DNA of 64,000 nt. It comes from Histomonas meleagridis 2922-C6/04-290x (Eukaryota > Protista > Parabasalia). The notes beneath the pieces were generated by a model, which worked only from the letters and a program-made list of their open reading frames with translations, was not told where the DNA came from and ran no database searches. The stretch's first letter is position 1. Each line of letters opens with the position of its first letter. The stretch covers positions 75,803 through 139,802 of the forward strand of contig JAANOX010000059.1 in assembly GCA_020184695.1 (NCBI GenBank). Reading direction: 5' to 3'. Positions 44,867 to 57,041 of the stretch are shown here, piece after piece. The position numbers and the translations under genes were made by a program.

Positions 44867-45236
44867 AGTTAAAGCCCTTAAACAGATTGTAAAACAAAAC
44901 TTTAATTACTTTATTAATTCAAAAAAATTAAAGAAAGGGTTAATTCAGATGTCCCCAGGGAACAGTCACCGGGGACATGTCCCCGGGTGTTCAATTTTTT
45001 AACAGTCATTGTGAAAATTTATGGATTTCAGCAGTGGATTTTTTTTTGATGTTGGAGAAAACCGAATAAATTGAGTTTATCGGTAATACAAAAAAAGTTA
45101 AAAAGACGATTAAATTGCTTTTTTAAAAACACACTGATACCCTACCCATGAGGTTGAACAAAAGATACTTCCAATGTTTTATTTATTAAAAAATCGTCTA
45201 AAAATGTTTATTAGCACCACCCAATGGTCACTGCCT

Positions 45237-45419
45237 CTAATTGTGAATGTGTTTGATTCTGTGAATGTGAGCGTTGGAACATAAAAATCTTAATCTGTTT
45301 GAATTTTTCGAATCTTTTAAATAAATACTATATCCATTTCTGGTTGCTAACTCTTTGAGGTAATTGCAAAGCTCCGATCCACATGTAAATGAAAAAGGAG
45401 AAAGGTTTTCGAAGTCCAT
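45237..45419 (-). pseudogene. Possible Mutator transposase N-terminal (FAR1/WRKY-GCM1-like) remnant running into the left TIR
   Basis: FSFTCGSELCNYLKELATRNGYSIYLK...RLRFLCS pattern; frame continues into the TIR. Confidence 0.4.
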
Positions 45420-45643
45420 TAAAAATTGAAAAAGCCAGCGGTGAAGACGATTAAACTCATGCCATGAATGTATATTGTGTGTTTCAATTCTATGTCGTCG
45501 TTTTTGAATTCAATGTTATTACATTCATATGTGATTTGGATATATAGAAATTTTCATTGTATCAACAGTTATTGATCGTATAATAATTTTGCATCAAATT
45601 TTTTCCCAAAACATTTGTCAAAAAATGACTTTTTCGTTTCAGA

Positions 45644-45944
45644 ATGAATCACGTTGAAGAAAGCGTTGAAGCAATTGGGGAACACGTATATGCTTCACGT
45701 ACTTCGTTGAAAAATATCACAATTTCGAGTGCGGTCACATCGATTGGGAATTATGCATTTGAATCATGTTGGCATTGGAGACATTTTCTTTTGGAGAAAA
45801 AGTGAAAATATATGAGGATTGTGCATTTTATTCATGTTCATCATTGAAAAACATCACAATTCCAAGTAATGCATTATTTTTGGGACGAAACATCGCCAAC
45901 AGTGCCTTTTCTAAAGTACCAACATCATCTATTAGACGTTGGTA
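45644..45944 (+). pseudogene. Captured BspA/TpLRR fragment inside the MULE
   Basis: VEAIGEHVYASRTSLKNITISSAVTSIGNYAFESC, then after a frameshift LETFSFGEKVKIYEDCAFYSCSSLKNITIPSN. Confidence 0.85.
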
Positions 45945-46680
45945 ACATATCAAAGCGAGACATTTGGAGATTTGTAAACATCCAAAGGAACGACAATTGA
46001 AGGATGACTCCTGATGCCAACGCTCACATTCACAGAATCAAACACATTCACAATTAGAGGCAGTGACCATTGGGTGGTGCTAATAAACATTTTTAGACGA
46101 TTTTTTAATAAATAAAACATTGGAAGTATCTTTTGTTCAACCTCATGGGTAGGGTATCAGTGTGTTTTTTTTAAAAGCAATTTAATCGTCTTTTTAACTT
46201 TTTGTATTACCGATAAACTCAATTTATTCGGTTTTCTCCAACATCAAAAAAAAATCCACTGCTGAAATCCATAAATTTTCACAATGACTGTTAAAAAATT
46301 GAACACCCGGGGACATGTCCCCGGTGACTGTTCCCTGGGGACATCTGAATTAACCCTTAAAGAAATATGTAATGTGTTGACTTGTTTATGTGTTTTGTTG
46401 GTGATTTTTGTTGATCAGATGGAAGGGATTCGATTAAGAATTAAGTGAATTAAAAGTAACGTCAGAAAATAACTTTGTTATAATGGTAACTAGCAATCAA
46501 AATGACAGAAACTAATGGATCATTTAAATTTATTTTTTCGTTTTTCTTTGATGAATCTAGAGTGGCAGCAATAAGGGGGTTGACTCGGTAGAAACCCCGT
46601 TGACCCATGTTATCTTTTGAATATCGAAAAATTTTAAACAATTTTTTGTCGAGATTTTATAAAAAAAAATAATATTTTAT

Positions 46681-48063
46681 TCATAACTTTGTTCTCTTTC
46701 TATTTTTTGAATAGACTAAAAAATTCGGTGAATTTCTGAAGTGCCGTACTCGATCAGCATACCTCTCATCAACCTTGATGTAGAGGATATTGTCATTTCG
46801 AGAATATTCTGTTAGAAGTCCTCCTCTCCAAAAGGCATTGACAACGCATCTTGTAACAGTAGACATTATATATGAATCATGAATCCTTATAACTTTTTTT
46901 GTTTGATAAGAAAGTGTTGAATCAAGATATATGTTGGCCATTTTTCCTTTTTGATTCGCAAAAACACAGATGTCAAGAAATTGCAATTGAGTGCTCGAAT
47001 GCGAAAGAATATATCTAAGATATACATTGTTCTCGGATAAATAGTCATCAATACCATCGGCTCCATGGCACGAACACCCATCAAGGATTAGAATTGCTGG
47101 ACCATCATATCCAGTTATTTGTCGTCTTATTTGCAAATCTGTCAAGTAACAATCATCCGACCATTCCTTAAATATCCTTGCATTGATATACCCAGTATCG
47201 CTTTTGGGATATGTTATTTTATCTGTTGTGTATCCCAGCTGATATAATTCATAATCAACTGTTTCTCTTCGAATAACAATTAGTGGTTTGATAACTGAAC
47301 TATCTGCAACTATTGCAGCAATCATTGTGTGGTGATCCACATTAACATCTTGCCCAATTGGAATTTCATTTCCAACATATTCCATCGGTACAACACAAGA
47401 AACAGCGCGATCAAGTTCGCGTCCACCAAATCCTACTTCATCAACATTTGCAACAAATGATGCTGGTATTGGAAATTCAAATGTTTCATGAAATTGCTTG
47501 AACCATTCATCTATTTGGCCTTCATCGCAGTGGACACGATCTGCTTCCATTCTTGTCCCCTTGACTAACCTGAATAACTGCGAGTTAGATATCATATGCC
47601 TTACAGATTCTGGAGTTAGAATCATTTCGAAAGCATTAAAAACGAAATTAACTATTCTTTGTATTGTGCATGGGGTCTTCTGGTTATATTGTGAAGAAAT
47701 GTAACTACTTAATCTTCCCATTTGTTGATCATTAAGTGAAGATGGACGCCCAATAATTCCAGGTTCTCCATTCCACTTGCAATAAGAACTTATTACATTG
47801 GAAATCCTTTGTTTAGATACACCAAAAATCTTCCCAATGTCTGACATCGAAAGTTTGAGTTCTCTTTTATTTCCATAATAATAGAGGTTATATATTTGCT
47901 CACGCTTTGAGGATGCATTAGAGTTCCATTGTAATATTTCATATGCAATCTTTGCTTTGTCCGGACCCACTGCCCCAAGGTCTAATTGATCAAGAGTACA
48001 CGGCTTCTCATAAATGCCTCTGCTGTGTGGAACCTGAAAGTATTCTTCGGGTTTCTCCAGCAT
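46681..48063 (-). mobile_element. pogo/Fot1-like DDE_1 transposase ORF (DD35D), uninterrupted
   Basis: HTH-like N-terminus, NVDEVG, LILDGCSCH, QFLD with 35 residues between D2 and D3; 13-bp inverted repeat AAACCCCGTTGAC at 46592-46604 and 48180-48192. Confidence 0.9.
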
Positions 48064-48508
48064 CCGAACATTTAATGAAGTGAAAAAACGTCAGAAGATT
48101 TTGATCGTATCACAAATTTTGAATGCATCAATATCAATTTTTAACTTTTTCAAAACTTTGTCAATGGTAATGTGTCACAGTCAACGGGGTTTTTGCTGTG
48201 ACTCTAAATTCTTTCCTGAAATTTTAAAAAATGGCAACACATTTTTTAAAAAAGTTTTATAACATGTTTCGTTTGATTTTTGTAAGCCCTTTTTATACCA
48301 CCTCATGGGTAGAAATATTATTTCTTTAGAATTTGTAATAAAATAAGGTTTTCCATTTGTCAGATATTTGACTAAGTTTGTTGCCATATTTGAATAGATA
48401 TTGAAATATATTTCACTAAGTCTGTTGCCATATTTGAATGTCTCGCAGTTTGAATGTTCGCACGAACAGACTACTCTCAATTCTGAGGACGTTTATTATA
48501 ACAATAAA

Positions 48509-49478
48509 ATGAAACAAAAAGAGTTAAGCAAAGAAGAATAAATAAATATAATATCAATGAGAAACCAAAATTTATTATTTGGAGTAATATCTTCTTCGGT
48601 AGGTCGACCGAATTCTACTATATTTAGTTTTTACAAAAATTGTGAAAATACTCATGAATTGTTTTGCCAAAAGGGGACCAAAGATTAAACAAACTGAAGA
48701 ACTACAAAATAGGGTGATTTGAGAAGTACAGAACTCACCATTTTTAATTCTAAGAGATCAAGCAGAGAATTATCATTCTAGTCATGAAACAATTCATACA
48801 ATTGCAACGAACAGTGGACAAAATCATAAAGTAAAAGATATGCTACCATTGGATGAAAAACACAAAGCAACTAGATTATAGTAATTATATATTATCTTAT
48901 CCTTCAATGCCATCTCTTATTTCTACTGATGAAAGTATGGTTCCACAAAACATGAAAAAGAGAGGAATTTGGAGAAAAAGATATTGTTATCCAGAAGGTT
49001 CGTTCGCTTTCAATGAACAGCATCCAATTTCTCCGATGGTTTGGGGAGGAATTGGGCCAAATGGGTTTAAAACTCTTGACCTTAAGTGTTCACCACGAAT
49101 GATCGCTTTGACAGATGCCTCAATGCTCGCAGAAAATATTATTTTATATTTGATTGGACAAAGTATTCCCAATTTTATTTGGCGATAGGATGGAGCAGGT
49201 CCTCATCAGCCATGTCATGAAATTATTGAACAAATTTTGAATGGAAGAAGGAAGTTAAGTGTTTTTCGCCAGATTTATCACCCATAGAGCAATTATGGGT
49301 AATAATCAAAGAAAAATATCGAGGTAGAATTTTCCGAAACAAAGATGAATTATACTTAGCAATGAAAGGAGAATGGAACCGAATTCCACAAGAAACTATC
49401 ATTAATTTGTATGATTCAGATTATTACATATGTATTGTATGCATACAACATAATGGTGAATGCCTAAATCAATACTGA
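48509..49478 (+). pseudogene. Tc1-family transposase relic
   Basis: HTH VGRPNSTIFSF, STDES, WGGIGPNG, WR*DGAGPH, SPDLSPIEQLW; several stops and frameshifts. Confidence 0.87.
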
Positions 49479-51715
49479 AATGAAATAAAAGTCATTTCAT
49501 AAATTGCATTACATAATAAGTAAACAATTCGAAAAAATTCTGGACCTTGCTTTAGTAATTGAATAAGGACAAATGGTATACAATTTAATTGACTAAGTTT
49601 GTTGGCATGGAAATGATCGGCGCCATTCATATATGATCAAAATTGGAGAAAAATAAAAAGATGATATGATACGTTGCATTCTTTAGTTCAATCATCTACA
49701 AATGTTTTTGATAAACGTCCAAAAATTTATATTGAAGCTTTTCGACATATGTCCACATTTTTGAGCTATGATGAATATGTCAAAAGAATTGGAAACACCA
49801 TTGCAGTATGGCTTTTTGTACACGATTAAAATTAGAGATTAGGTTTTTATAAAAGAAATTATTATCTGATTTTATTGATTTAAAGTTATTATTAAGAAAG
49901 AACTTATGATTCAAAAATATGATAAATATTCAACATTAAATATAGAACAAGATAATTTCCTTGTCTAAAACTCTATCATTAAACCCTTCACGTTTCTCAT
50001 GAGTGTGATTATACCAACAATTACGGATTATGAAAGGTTCTGAACATTTATAATATCAATATACTCCACATGTCACGAAATATGATTACAGATAGTAATT
50101 ATCTTAGTTAGATATCTCCATTGAGAACATCTTTTTCCTTTGGAATTTTTTATATTTTTCATATGAATTGCATATATGCAATTTTTATGATCATGACAAA
50201 ATGCTTCAATAAAGCTACTTTCAAGAATATTGAATTTGAATAATTTCTTCCTAAAATGTTAATGTGATTTCTTTGTTCTAACTTTTTTCGTATCATTCAT
50301 TTTCTAAACATAACTTTCCTTTATTACATCACTTTTTACAAGAATGACACTGTCATCTAACTATTTCTCTTATAGATTTTTTTTTTATTCTGAAATTATT
50401 TGTAATGTATTTAATACATATCAGATTTTAACATATAAGAACAGTGGACGAATTTTTATGAAGATATAATTATTATTTTGATATTTCCTTTGAATCTAGT
50501 CACTTTCCTTTATATTCGTGTACGATACAATACACAAACAGTCATCTAAGCAAAGACTGGATGTGATTCCTTGTTGTGAGTATCGTTCACTCGTGCAGGA
50601 ACGAACCCTGATGGATTTGCTTTCAAATTTTTTTTGTAAAGTATTAAAATTTGACTGCCCACATTTAAATTCTGATGGATTTGTAACCGCAAAATTAATT
50701 CAAAAAGTCATTTTTTCTTCTTTGTCCAGAGCCTCCAATAATGAATAAATTGCTTCAAGAATTATCCTATTTATAGAACATATAAATTATAAAAAATTGC
50801 AAAGACAGATTTTTGAATTTTTGCTCTGGTCTATAGATATTGAAAATCTTGTATAACTTAAAAACATAATCAAAACTATATAAAATTATATAAATTAATA
50901 TTGACTTTTGTTAGTTCTATATATTTATTGAATTCGAACTTCTGTATTTAATCCTATGGCCCAAAAAAGCATTTTGAAATTTTTAAGATTGCTCATAAAT
51001 ATATAAGATAACAGAATTTAGTTAGATAATTTCATTGAATACAATGTGCATACTTATTTATTTATATTTTTTCAAATATAGTTCTTTGGAAAATGAAAAA
51101 AATTGATTTCCTGATTTGAAACGACCTTTTATTTGGTTGTAAGCGTCTTTTTTTTACATAAAAACTTTAATAATGTACATAATAAATTCCATTTCATTAT
51201 ATGAATATTATTTCAGAAAATACAAATGAAATTAACAAAATATTATAAATATTTTATATTTTTAAATATTACGAACGAATGTTCCCTGATTCTTGGTCAA
51301 ATCAATTCATTGATGAATGCAGCTCTATATCTATTTCTTAAACTATGCGGAAGCAAATATGTTTTAAAACTAATACTTAAAATTTATTTAAATTATTATA
51401 AATGATATATCCTCTTAAATTGATTAACTTTTTTATTTCATCACTATTATTTTACAAATTTTGATGAATACATTTTATCCCATAAATTGATACATTATCA
51501 ATTATTATTGAAATAAAGATATTACTCTTTCTTTTATATTCTACAATTATAAATTGATTTTACCACCAAATGATTTTAGATATTAAAACTAACAAGAAAA
51601 GTGACAATAGAACAGAAAGAAAACTATGTTAAAGCGTTTAGTTGTTTTAAATATCAACAAACTCGTATATAACTCACACATATCAAAATTAAAAAAAAAA
51701 TTTGTTTATGGTCTT

Positions 51716-53276
51716 TTATTCAAACTCATTTTCGGCCTGTTCATTTTGTTTTGTTTGAATATGAGACTTTATATGAAATGTAGGTCCATCATCTGGCCAT
51801 TTATCAAAACCAAATAGCATTACATTATTTGAATACTTCACATTAGATAAAGCTACATTAAGTGATCCATGGGCGAAAGCCTTTTCACCGATATCAATTT
51901 CACATTTTTCTAGTGTTTGACCTTGGCTTTTATGTGCAGTAACTGCCCATTATAACTTTACAGGGAATTGATACATAAAAATAATTTTTCCATTATTAAT
52001 TTGATACTTAGTTGATTTTGTTCTTGTTACCATTACTGGATTTTCACTGCTATCCTGAGTATCAAATCGAATAAATTGAACATCAAGTTGTTCATCATAT
52101 CTATTTACATAACCTCTCGAACCATTTATTAAATGACGTTCAACATTAAGATTTTGAAGTAGCATGACTCTTGCACCATTAGAAATTATTAATTTAAATG
52201 GAATGATCGAATTATATTTTTTTTTTTTCAAAGCTCCACACAAAATTCCAATTTCAGATTTAGTAGCAGCACGTATATCTGAAATTGATAATTGTCTTCT
52301 TATAGCATCTTCTATTCCATCATTTATATTACCAACATAAGAGTTTTGTTGACGAACGAAAAATTGTGCATCAATCTTAATTTTTCTGCAATTAAAGATT
52401 TCGTTCCTCTTTTCTAATTTTAACATGTTATACATTTGTGCATGTTGATTTGATAATGTAATAACCATACCATTAGGATTATCACCACCAACAAAAAAAT
52501 TTATTGCTTCGAGTAAATCATCGACTTTTCCAGGACAAAATCTCTTTTTAAGTAGTTTTTCTACTTCAGGATCTAGAGTTTCACCTTTTTTATGCTGCCG
52601 GATATTTTCCGAAAAGTTTTATAAATATTATCTCATCTTCTGATTGCCGCATTAGTGTTTTCAATTCCCATCGTGCTACATTTCATGAAATTGCTGAAGT
52701 GACTCTAAAAAATCGTCAGGTGCTCTTGTTACTGCAGGTACTTGTGCTAAATCTCCAAATAATAGAATACTTTTGCCGCCAAAAGGAGAAATTCCAAATG
52801 GACTTTTTACCTGTGCCATAATTTTTCTCAGACCATTTTCAAGCGCAGAAAGAACTTTAGCAGACATCATTGTTGCTTCGTCAATTATAATCACTTTAGC
52901 ATAAGTCATAGCTAGTCCATTTGGCTTTGAAACATCCAATGAACAGATAATTTCTTCAATATCATTTTTTTTATAGTAAATAATCCAAATGTTGAATGAA
53001 CTGTTTTACCATCTATTAAACTTGCTGCAACACCTGCAGAAGCACATACAACATATGGAATTTTATTGACTTTCAACAAATTTATTATGGAATTGATGAG
53101 AAAACTATTTCCTGTCCCTGATTTTCCTTTTATAAATGCAGTTAATTGTTGTCCGGCTAATAATCTATTCTTAACTTGATTGAATATATAACGCTGTCCA
53201 TTGTTAAATTTTCTCTCGAAATTTGCTAAATTAATGTTTGATTTATTGATTTCTTGATTATTGAATGAATGACATA
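51716..53276 (-). pseudogene. PIF1-family helicase domain (3' part of interrupted gene)
   Basis: GKSGTGNS (Walker A, K>N), SAGVAA..IDGKTVHS, IIIDEATM, FGGKSILLFGDLAQVPAV, MRQSED, AVTAHKSQGQTL, HGSLNVALS; frameshifts and stops. Confidence 0.9.
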
Positions 53277-55935
53277 CAGTAAGCGGAATTAACCGGTAGT
53301 CATTGAATTGGCCGTATAGTGGATTTAACTACATCACGGTTTTTTTGAATTACTATTTGGTCATATGAAGTCATATAAACTATTCAAATTTATTATCACT
53401 TCACCTTTATCGATGTAAACCATAGAAAAAATGCTATTCAAAATTGAATAGAAAAAATAAAAACAAAAATATCACGTCAAATATTCAGATTTCAGCGACT
53501 AAAATATCAAAGATATTGAACACCATAAGAGTAAATTTTAAGAATAAATAATAAACATATTTTGATCAATTTTACTTCCTAAACACAAAATGAGATTATT
53601 AGCTTATATTTTATCATTTCTTAAACCAACAAAATTGTCTAACTGAACTAAATAGATTCAACAGACTCAACATTGTTTATGTAAAATGTTTCATTCATTT
53701 TTGACATATATAACAATAGAATATCCTAGGCTAATTGTTTATTTAGCGATATTTTTCGTTTAAGTGGATTCTTTTGATTCCATTGGTATTTTCTATGATC
53801 AGATCTGGAACAGGTGTCAAAATTCCCCCCATTTTTTCTATATATGCATAGAAAAATTTGATATCACACTTCATTTTTTCTAGAGAATAAACTGGTTCAA
53901 TGGTCGTCAAATTCCTATTATTATCTACTTCATAAACAAATTTCAAGTTTTCCAGGCTTCCATTCAAATGGTGATTATTTACCAAATTTCCATTTTGAAT
54001 TTTGTCATATAATTCATAAAAAATTGGTTCTTAGAGAAGTGTCCATTGCATATTGACTAGATAAAGGCATTTTTGGATTTAATGGATATAATCCTGAGGC
54101 TCTAAACCCGCTTTGAATATCATCGATTGAAGCAGCTTCTGATAATGCAGATACCAGACATTTTATCATCATAATTCTTATAGCTTTGAGATTCCTTTGA
54201 GTTCTATCAGTATTACCAAATAAATATAGCTCATATTGCAATAACTTTTTCTTATATATTGTCTTCAATGGTGAAGCTATAGCAACATCAAAAGGCCTTA
54301 ATAAATGAGAAGTATGCCCAGGAAATACTAATATATCAATCCCAAACATCTCAAAAAATCTTGCAACATTATAATTGGCCCTACTTTTATGTCCATCAAC
54401 CAGCAATAGAATCCTCTGTTTTCTCAGTTCTGGTTTAAGCTGAAGTCTATTAATTTGAATTTCAGCTAAGAATGTATATGCCCAGTAAGTAAATAGTTTT
54501 TTGTTGGTCCAACCTGTTGGTGATGTTGCAAAATGCTCAAGTTCTTTGACTTCTTTAAGCCCACTTAATATTTTTTTATCCTTTAGGTAAAACAATGGTT
54601 TCATAACATATCCACTTGCAGATACCGTTATACAAGCAGTGATGTGTGGAAATACTGGAGATGATTCTGTAAATGGCATTTTGCCTTGAGTTACCAATAC
54701 CTTATATTTCTGTTTTGATGAAACTATAGTTTCATCCATGTTAAAAATTAATGCAGGATCCCTCTTAAGTAGGTGAGAATGCTTGGAAAAAAAGGCTTCT
54801 ATTGCAACTTTATCACAAGCAATTCTTCTTAATGTTTCAAATTCAGCAGCAGGAACCACACTTAGATTATTTGCTTTAGCCATTTTTTGCTACTAAGTTA
54901 CATCAGGATGTATTTCTCTCACTCTCGTTAATATTTTTTTGCAGTTGCATATTTCCAATAGTTTTCTGGTCTTTTCAGCTCTCTCTTTTTATGAGAGTTG
55001 TTGCTATTTTTATTGCCTCACATGTTGACAAACAATGTATATCATTTTCTCTTTCATGAACTATATCTATAAACTTCTTCATATCCAAATCAGGAAAGAT
55101 TGTCTCCCCACCTCCCTTTAGATTTTTGTCCCAATATTCCCCACAAGCTGTTCTCAATAATATTCGTCCAACAACTTTATCACCACATAATTTATGCTTC
55201 TCTCTTATTTGTGCGAAGGTCTTTCCAGTAAGTTTTTCCATGTAAATCATTACCTGTTTCGTAGAAAGGATGGATTCGTTAGTCGATGCCTTTATCAACT
55301 CCTGTATTAAATCGGTTGCACACTGAGGATTATTTATTATAAAGCTATTTTGCAGGGCAAACATTTTCGTTCTCTTCTCTTGCCTTTTTTCTGTCTCCTT
55401 ATTGTAAGAAACATTTTTGGGAACAGGATTTGGATTCACAAATTGGGCAAGATTTGGATGTTGAGAAAGGATGCATTCATTAATATCTGGAATAAAACTT
55501 GTGTTATTATTATGTGTGCTAAGAGGAGCTTGTACTGTGATATTTTGAGGTTGCGAACTTGAAAAATAATTTTAATCATTTCCAGATCTTTTCCCAAGAT
55601 CTGGAATAAAACATGTATTATTATTACTTGTACTTGGAGGAGCTTGCAGAGCAAAATTTTTTGCCCTGACATTGTGAGAAAGATGGCATTTCATTCTTAT
55701 AAATAATTCTATTTAACTGTTATCGATTCTATCAAAAAATCGTATGTAAAGTATACAAAACATAACGTTTTGACTCAATTGGCCGTATAGTCAGATTGAA
55801 TGTATCAATTCACATTTTCCTCTTGATTATTGTATCGTCTCTATCGGAAACCCACTTTTTCTACATAACTGTTCACATGATGATATGAATTTAATGTGCT
55901 ATCACAAATCCACTATACGGCCATTCCGCTCTCTG
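53277..55935. mobile_element. pogo-like DNA transposon nested in the PIF1 gene
   Basis: Left end TA|CAGTAAGCGGAA, right end TTCCGCTCTCTG (10/12 inverted match); subterminal 18-bp inverted repeat TGGCCGTATAGTGGATTT at 53309-53326 and 55906-55923. Confidence 0.8.
53743..55694 (-). pseudogene. DDE_1 (DD35D) transposase, fragmented
   Basis: IFNMDET, LLVDGHKS, PGHTSHLLRPFD (35-residue spacing); split across ORFs 54975-55439, 54014-54883 and 53743-53985. Confidence 0.88.
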
Positions 55936-55936
55936 A

Positions 55937-56405
55937 TATATTTATTTATCTGAAAATCTGAGGGACGATTAAATATATCAGTTATTACATCTGTATTTAC
56001 ATATAATTTGAAGATTTCAAGAATATTATCATACATTTCTTCCATCTTACGATTGAATATTTCAATATTATGCATAATATGTATATAACTATTCCACATA
56101 AAATAATTTTTATAATCTAATTCATAATTTTTGTCAACATCCAATATTGGTGGTGAAGAATAACTTGAATATTTTCTTAGTAAATTTAAAAAGTCGAAAT
56201 GATAAGGTTTTAACGGTTTAAAGTGTTCAATGTAAAGAGTATTCAAACGTTTATCATTTTCAATACAATCTTTTAGTAAAAGGTAAATTTGAGGGGGGTC
56301 TGAATTAACGGTGGCAGATTTTGCTAATGAAATAAGTCTATTCAATCTTGTTGGATAATTAAACTTTAAAAGTTGTGTACGGAATGAAGAAACAGAATAA
56401 CACAA
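55937..56405 (-). pseudogene. 5' part of the interrupted PIF1/Helitron-like gene
   Basis: ORF 55902-56405 reads into the transposon end; removing the element restores K-Y-I-C-H-S-F in frame with the helicase. Confidence 0.6.
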
Positions 56406-56951
56406 ACAAGAAGAAAGAGAAGAAAGAGTAGGCTTTATTGCTTTGTGATTAAATGATCGAAAATGAATCTGTTTATGGCGAAGAATTCATTGTAGAATTC
56501 CATCTAAAGAAGTGAAGTGATTATGGAGTTTTTCTGTGAGCATAGAATTTTTAACTCAAATATGATTATCCTACCATTGAGATGTCAAAGTTAAATTTAA
56601 AAAAAATTGATAATAAAAATTATGGGGTAAAAAAACATGATAAAAATTGTAAATAATAAAACATAAATATAAAACATGAGGTGAGCTGGTTGTTAGAAAT
56701 ATCTAAAAAATAACTTAGTTCAATATCCTATAAGCAAGAAAAAAAGGCTCGAATTTATAAATAATCGATTTTGCTAATTTTATTCTCTCTAAATTCTGAA
56801 TATAATATTACAATATATAATTGAATAGTCATTTTTATAATAAATGTATTTATAAATTTAAAAAAATATTGATAATTAAAGAAGATATTTTTGCTTTATT
56901 TTGAGGTTCGATCACTTTTTAACGGTTCAACCCATTTTATAATAAACACCA

Positions 56952-57041
56952 TATCGTAATCTTAATATCAATTCCTTAATGTTCAAGAAGTAATTTAACT
57001 ATTTCTAGATCACCATTATTAGATGCTTTCGTAAGTTCTGT
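56952..57041 (-). pseudogene. Solo ankyrin-repeat module
   Basis: TELTKASNNGDLEIVKLLLEH*GIDI; shares GTTAAATTACTTCTTGAACA exactly with the module at 19.1 kb. Confidence 0.75.

Larger units (their letters stand above)
44937..46356. mobile_element. Non-autonomous Mutator-like element (Pack-MULE-like)
   Basis: TIRs 44937-45277 and 46017-46356 begin GGGTTAATTCAG and differ only in homopolymer lengths; perfect 9-bp TSD TTAAAGAAA at 44928-44936 and 46357-46365. Confidence 0.93.

Noticed and set aside
50496-50535. Helitron 3' end (hairpin plus CTAG on the minus strand)
   Set aside because: Only a 5-bp AT-rich stem, and the CTAG is followed by A rather than T.
2370-55672. Many short antisense or alternate-frame ORFs (e.g. 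2856-3233, 3644-3847, 13980-14189, 44488-44802)
   Set aside because: Shadows of real genes, with no independent motifs or promoters.
19230-56978. TAA/TAG reassignment to an amino acid, suggested by in-frame stops in the ankyrin, Tc1, PIF1 and DDE relics
   Set aside because: Those regions also have frameshifts. Intact genes (RPL37A, H3, C2) end in TAA, and the very AT-rich 2345-aa BEACH ORF has no internal TAA.
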